From Amoebophrya sp. A120 (Eukaryota > Protista > Dinoflagellata): a DNA stretch of 64,000 bases. The position numbers and the translations under genes are program-made. Below are positions 57,101-64,000 of this stretch, piece after piece. The notes beneath the pieces were generated by a model. The model saw nothing but the letters and a program-made list of their open reading frames with translations, did not search any database and was not told where the DNA came from. The stretch is taken from the NCBI GenBank assembly GCA_905178155.1, contig CAJINV010000002.1, positions 12,964,480 to 13,028,479 of the forward strand, given 5' to 3'. How positions within the stretch are numbered: position 1 is the first letter of the stretch; every line of letters starts with the position of its first letter.

Positions 57101-60100
57101 GTACAAACTCTTCGGCTCGACCTTGTTCCCAAGAATGCGAATTGTTCTCTTCGAGCGACAAAGACGTGCGTGTTCTGTGGTCACGTAAAACGCTATTTGC
57201 AATTACTCAGCCGCTTTGATGGTGATGTAGTGCCATTTTGACCTTAGGTTATCAAAATATGAGCACATAGGATCTGATCTTTCCCACACTTCCTACACAG
57301 GAGCTGATCGAATTCTCCTCGATTGTGAGTTTTTATATATAGTTCGATATCATACAAAAAAATAAAAAATTACCTTATCAAAATATCAGATCGACTGTGT
57401 TCGCGACACCGGCGAGGAGAACCGGCTCCAAATCATGGGGCTGCGGCGGTGGCGCTCGGAATCCTACTTATGCTGTGGAACTCATTTGCTCTGCGCCAGC
57501 GCCACAGATTCCCACATGTTCGGTTTTCGTATATATGCATTGCCGTTACATTGATTCGACGAAAATGAGTGCTACAGGCACCTGAGTGTGCATGTGCAAA
57601 TTATACTTGAAATCAAATGCGCAGAACGCAATGTATCTATTGGTAAGGATGCATCTTTTTCATCCTCGAGGTGGTTTAGTTCACGTCTGAGGCGTGTCGT
57701 TTTCTGTCCGAGCTGTAAGTACCTAGTAAGTTCGCGTCTTTGCAACATTCAAACTAGCAAGCGAGGGCGCAACGGCGTGGCGCTTTTTGCTTTTTGTTTT
57801 TGCCGCATACCTTTACCAAGTTTTTCACTCGTTCACCGACTTAGAAGTGAAGAGGAAACTTGAAAATCTCGGCCTGATATCCTCCACGACACAAACTCTC
57901 GCACAAGCAGACACAAGAGAGACCCCACCACTATGCATACCTACGATGCGTTTGCATATTATTCTGTATAATGTGTTTCGCGCTTTTACGTAGTCGAATT
58001 TCGCCTTTTTTCATGCGTAGTCAATCTCTCCTGGTCCTGCCACCTGTATGTTGGTGTTGGAGGGCCTGCGCTGTTTCAATAAAGATTTGCAAAAAAACTT
58101 GTTTGTGTGATCTTGTTCGAGATGCAATTCCAAGCGTGGTCGTCCTCAGGAAAAGTTATTAAGCGCCATGATGCATGAAAATGTAAATGAGTCCCCCTCA
58201 CTGCACTTCAAGTACGCATGTTTGCAGTGCGTTTTTAAGCTTCTGCGTGCGGTTGCCGTTGCTGCAGGCTAGATAAATACATGCTATGCTCGATCGTGTT
58301 TGTGTGTGCTGCTTCTGTTTTTGTCTCCTGCATACTGTGACGAAACCAAATCAAAAGAGGAAGTTGCCAACCTCCTCTTCCCGCCGAACGGGGCAAAGTT
58401 CCCGCGTCCCCTCCACGACCTGTGCGGACGACTCGATAGAACGGGGCATCTGTACAAACCGAGTATGACGTCGAGCAAAAATGTATCCAATCTGAACTGA
58501 TGCAGCAAAGCACGCAACTCGCTTTCGCTTGTGCTTGTTTGTAGCACAAGACACAGATGACACGATGCGCAGTAGTCACGATGGTTTACTTAATAATTAT
58601 AGCCATGCCACAGTGCAAATCGTATACAGATGCAGCGCTAATGATTTGTATGTGGAAATCTAGCCTGGCCGCGGTCTTATGTAAGTACCACAACATGAGG
58701 TTCTTCTTTTTGGCTGCGCGTCAAGAAGAACATGTATATTAAATGACGCCTCTGCTTTGTGCAGCCTTGGGTGGCCGACAAACTACGACCGCAGACTCGT
58801 GTCTCGGCTGTTTTATGGAGTTGTATGTTTCATTGTATTCGCATTCTAAGTTCTTGTTTAGCTTGAGGTTGAGCTAATGAGCTTGAGGCCTGAATGGCGT
58901 GTGTAGTATTAGGAAGCCATGCCGTCGAAATAACAAGTTGCATTCTTCTTGTTGTCGCCACTTCTGATTATACCCTTCAAATCAGTGCAAGAAGGAGTAC
59001 GTACTTGGTTGTCCTCAATATGCTATGATCGACATAAATGGAAGCGATAACGTTGAACGCGAGGCTGTCGTCTGTTGGGTTGGATATTGGCTGCAAATGC
59101 TCTTCGTAGGGATCCAGCTCGGAGTGGAGATTCCGTTACCCGCAGGGGTCCAGAAGAGTGCATCACAACCACGTCAAGACATATTATATAAGTAAAATTT
59201 GCATTTTTCCTTGCAAGACTGGGACACCATGGGCATCGTAGCAACTGATAAGTAATGAAGACAATACAGTGCAAACGTCTATATGTTGACCACGCAGTAG
59301 AAGCACCATATAACCATATCAATGTATTTGAATTGTGCAAGCAGAGTACGTTGGTGTAACTTTTATTGTGCGATGCAGTTTATTTTGTCATAAGCAAAGG
59401 TCACTTTGACTTCCTCATGTTGTATCATTGCGCCACCTGCATCACTGCCCGTCGGTCTACGTACCCTGCATCACTCCCCCACCTCCTCTGCGTCACCTGC
59501 CTGGACCTGGAGCGGTGATGCACGGAGCCCGCCGGGTTTGCAGCCGGTGTGTTAGGGTCTAGAGCTCAGGATTTGGGATCGATGCAGAGTCGTCGATGCC
59601 AGCCAACCACGTCGCGCCGGCTGGCCTCGGCGCTTCTACTCTGTCTTCCCGCGATACCGCGTCTCCATGTTCTCCCGTGCCTGAAGCAGCTTCCCTCCCC
59701 CTTCATTTCAGAAATCCTGGGCGGTCCCTCAGTGCGTCCGGCCCCGCCGTCTTTCACGTGTTCTTACTCTGCCCTGCAATGTTGGTGGCGCTCCGAGCCT
59801 TGTTCTTCGATTCCATGTCCACCCTAACGTGCCTGCCACCAGGCGGCGGCTACAGAGGTTCTTAGTGCCCAGGAGCTGCGGGCGGAGTATCATAGGACGT
59901 GGCGGGGACGTCAAGGTGAGGGCTCGCACATCAACATCTAATAATTGATAAATAGTGATCACACTCGTCATCATCATCGGCAGCGAAGCAAGTGATGTAC
60001 GACTGATCAGGAAACTTACTTCTCTGAGAAATTTGGTGTTTTGCGCAAGAGCACGGACGTGGTTGTACCATTGATGCACTGTTTATTTCACACCATAACC

Positions 60101-61142
60101 AGAAACCCTGATGAACCAGTATGAGAAGAAAATCAAGCATTTGCTATGACGGGACAAGGGGGAATTGACACATCAAAACACATTTCAGTCAGACACAAGA
60201 ACAGACAGCAAAAAAAACAGTCTCAGAGTTTCACAAGAACAGACAACTCAAAACACTCTCAGAGTTTCAGTACTATGTCAGATGAATGAATATGCCACTC
60301 ACTGTTTTATACCATTTCAAGAATCAATTGTAAGTAGAGCCTGCAGGCAACATCGCTACAGTTTTTGTATTTTTGGCTAGAAGATCCAGCTGTAACTTAA
60401 TTTGTTCAGAATCGGAGCCGATTCTCTCTTTACTTGCTGTGTATTAGTTAGTTGTGCTACTGTGTCCATGCTGCTCACGATGTACAAATCCATAGCAACG
60501 AAAATACGACAATTTCCTGATGAGCTAAAATGCGACTAAAGTGTTTCTTCTTTTTGATGCGCACTGCACTCTACAGTGTGTTCTTCTTCTTGTTCAGTGG
60601 ATCACTGCCAGAGTGTCTGTAAAGGTCTCAATGAGAGAATCCTCAGTGTGCATGTTTCCAAGCCTGCAAGTTCACCTTGTTTCCGCAGTGAGGATACACA
60701 GGAGTGGTGGAGCCACTTATCACGATCGATCTCAATCCTAGCAGCAACTGGGTAGCTTGCTCAGGCCGGCTCTTAAAGCAATAGCGTCATGGCACAACTC
60801 GTCAAACAAATCCTTGGGCATGTGGATGTGCTCCTGCTCGGACCTGGACTGTCATCTGGTAGTCGCGTGCCCGTGGTGCAAAGCGTTGCGTCGTTCCGTG
60901 CCCCGTTCTAGCGAGCCACATGAGAAGAGGCCACCGCCGACCACCACCCCTCGAAATGAAGTGAAATTCTGTATCTGTATAAGAAATCTGTACAACATGA
61001 AGAAGCTCCCCGCTCATTATTTCTCCTGCCTCTCGTTTCTGTTTCCGGGTTTCTTCATCGTTTCGACCCAAAATCGAGCATGCGAGAAAAACAGATCTTT
61101 GTTTACTACTTAGCACTGCAAAAGCAAAGCGTTGCTTTACGA

Positions 61143-61781
61143 GGTATCCGGGTAAACCAGGGCCCCTACGAACTGAACGGCGCTGCGAAATCTGCTACAC
61201 GGCTGTAAGCAAGGTCTGGCCGGAAGCGGATATGGTCGGACCCGCATCACAAGCAAGCTCTCACCTTTCCAGGCCCAGATCTTGTGTGCAACGCCAAGGA
61301 CATCGGCCGCCTGTCCGCGTTTTTTTTTTGTGGTCGGCTACTTGCCTCAGCTTATCCGTCTGTCTTTGTTGCGTGGTGTTGCTGAAGAATTCTTGTAGTT
61401 GTAGGTACTTTTTCCCTGGCCTGCCTGAGAGTCTCTTGCTTCTGTGAATCTCGGTCGCAGCTGATTATGGCAGCTGTGTGATAGTTTCTTTTTTTTATCG
61501 CCGCCCCGTCGGTGCGTATGCGGAGTACGGAAATACGCATTTTTTTGCTCGCGCGTATGATCGCTGCCGCATACATCGACGACGGGCGACGGCTGCGCCA
61601 ATTTTCTCCAGACGACCCGGCTACGGGAAACGGGAGCGATACTTCAATTTCTCCAGACCCAGGCTCCAGATTCCGGCACACCAGATTCCGGGACGCCGAT
61701 CAGTGCGTAGGGGCCACAGTTCGTAAGGGCCCTGGTCTGAGCAGTCGCCCTGGTCTCAGGGGCCCTGGTTTACACCGTTAC
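61143..61781. mobile_element. ~630-bp MITE-like element with terminal inverted repeats
   Basis: Perfect 16-bp IR GTAAACCAGGGCCCCT (61152-61167) / AGGGGCCCTGGTTTAC (61758-61773), with extra subterminal GCCCTGGT copies at ~61717-61755. TSD not resolved. Confidence 0.6.
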
Positions 61782-63194
61782 CGCTTTGCAAAATAAAATC
61801 CCAGCAACAGGACAAAAAAAGTCATGCGATTACCTTACCACATCAAGCACACCCACATGGGCATTGATCGAAATATAAAAATATCGAATTCCAGCTTCTG
61901 CAAGGATCAACCCACTTACCTAGCGTCAACTATGTATGCTCGGCACTCGGAGTCGGTTTGGCTCATTCTAATGCATTCTACCAATAAATTATGATTTTCT
62001 ACTTCATAAAAACACGAAACCGTGGTGGAGGAGAAGAAGAACAGCTTGCGTCCATGCCTTTCTCGTTTCCAAAATTAGGAAGTGATCTACGACTCTTTGA
62101 TTATACTGGTTTGAGTTTCTAGTTGTTAAAGGTTAGTACGACTTTTCCATCGTTAGTAGGTGTGATGTGCACACATGCATCCGGGTTTCCTTGAAATTTA
62201 TACTGGGGATGTTTCATGACCACCCGGCCGTGTATTTTCAAGTTTTTGTTTTGAATGCGACTGCCACACAACTACAAAAGAAGTCGCAGAAAATGTTTCT
62301 TGACCGGCCAAATTTTTTTTTCTTTTTCTGTTTCTTTCCTTCCATTGCAAGAGGCACCGCTGATAATCGCGTCTGTTGGGTACGTCATTCAGTCATTCTC
62401 TATAGGATGAAGCTCTCGCTATCGGCCTTTTTTTCAACATTTTCAGACAAGTCACGTAGTCCTTCTGTGTGTGCTGGGATGCCTTTTTTTGTCGATTTGG
62501 TGGCTGGTTTTGGTGAGGACGAACCGTTAGGAGCGCAAGACATTTTTCACAATGAGAGAAAATGCAGAGCCCCAGTCACGTCGCCACCCATCGTTGGCAT
62601 TCGCACCATCATTGAATTTGAGAGCTCAATAACGAGAGAAAATTCTCTGACATCGCTTCAGAAATAGAATGATTAATGAGCAAATTATTTGTCTTGGTTT
62701 TCGTATGAGCGAAATGGAGGTCGTTTATCGTGACAAGGATTATAAAATATATTCAGTGGCTCAGGAGGTGCATGATAAAGTACACTGCCTGTGTTTGTCT
62801 GTCGGAAAAAATCAACTGTCCCTCGTTTGTCTGTCTGCTTTATTTTATCATATCTCACTTATTCGAAGTTCAAGCTGTGTGTCGTCATCTGTGCCCGCGG
62901 AACTAAGCAATTGACCCGTTATAACGAGCGAATAGAAAACGCAATTGAAAAAAGTAGAGAGAAGACGCCTTCACACTACAGTCCAATTGCTGCCCGTATT
63001 GCATCGCGAGAGGACATGCTATTTTGCTATTGTCGCATGCGCGGCACGTAGTCAAGGAATCGAAAGAAATTTGACGAGGTCGAAGCCGAAGATAAGAACG
63101 CACATGCGATCAGGAGCGCTGAATGCAGCAATTACAACAAGTCTGAACAAGGAAAAACTCACGATATACTAAGAGTAACAACTACGTCAACAAA

Positions 63195-63463
63195 ATGCCA
63201 GACCTCATAGGGGCGGGAGAACGCGACGAAAGCCGACAATGCATGGCGAGGCGCGACGACGGCCAGGCTGCTTCTAGTTCATCTCGAGATAAAAGTGCTC
63301 ATGCGAGGGAGGAGTTAATGCTGATGAACCACTATGCGGACGAGGAGGAGTACGGTTACGTAAGACGACAGATCAGGCGCGAGACAGCACAGATGGCTGT
63401 GAAAACTCCTACTGTCACTGAACAAGACGGGAACAACTCGATGCCGCTTTTCATTTCGCAAAG
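63195..63463 (+). CDS. Possible first exon of a hypothetical protein
   Basis: CAAAATG start context, ~90-codon hydrophilic ORF, AAG|GTAAGC donor at 63464. Confidence 0.25.
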
Positions 63464-64000
63464 GTAAGCGCATCATGACCATGAGATCAATATATTTGCA
63501 GTCGAAGTATCTGTGGGCTGTAGCACACATCGAAAATATAGATAAGCTGCGGACTTCTGATATTATAGGGCGACCAAGATATAAGTATAACCTTCGTGCT
63601 GTTCGTATAATTTCCGACTAGACCTTTATCACCTTCATGTAGAACACTAGGCTAGCATACTTCTTGACTTTCTGAAGCCGGTCACAGTCTCCGCTATAAC
63701 CGGTGGAGCCCCGCCTCACAAGATGCTCGAGGGCTGTCGCGCATGAGCAGACATTTACTCGTGGAAAGCCAGAAAGTTCTCTGACAGGCAATCGCTCACC
63801 TAAAGAAGCAGGCACACAGAATATAATGACCTTCTGATAGCATTGATTCCGCATCCATTGTTAGTGTGCTTTTCTGTTATTGTGAGTACACTAGTAAGTC
63901 GACCACGACTTCCGTGCAGAGCCTCACTCTAATTGACGATCGAACTGCAATTACATCAGGGACGACACCAGCGCGCGACAGGCTGACAATGGTGATCTTC

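Overview
Eukaryotic genomic DNA, most likely an alveolate of the dinoflagellate lineage (Amoebophrya/Syndiniales-like; inferred from intron style, not from a database hit). About 37 kb (1543-38347, + strand) is one 5'-truncated gene of 15 visible exons. Spliced by hand, these give an uninterrupted frame of about 11,200 aa. Almost all of it is degenerate 12-residue Ser/Gly/Leu/Val/Arg-rich repeats (LGSSLSVRxFxR / xGSxxSVLDFxx). It ends in a phage-tail-fibre-type intramolecular chaperone/autocleavage (Peptidase S74/ICA) domain with an intact SDRRVK motif plus a coiled coil. The inference is a giant self-cleaving trimeric beta-helical fibre. The 5' 31 kb is interrupted only by non-GT-AG 'introner' elements of one family (shared ~30-bp terminal inverted repeat, 5-bp direct repeats, frame restored on removal). 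The last 5.4 kb has 12 canonical GTA...CAG introns. Downstream lie a dimeric 358-bp GC-rich satellite carrying a 1326-bp non-autonomous TIR element (6-bp TSD), a 100-N assembly gap, a probable spliced single-pass membrane protein gene, a few weak exon-like ORFs and small inverted-repeat elements. No RNA genes or CRISPR arrays were recognised.
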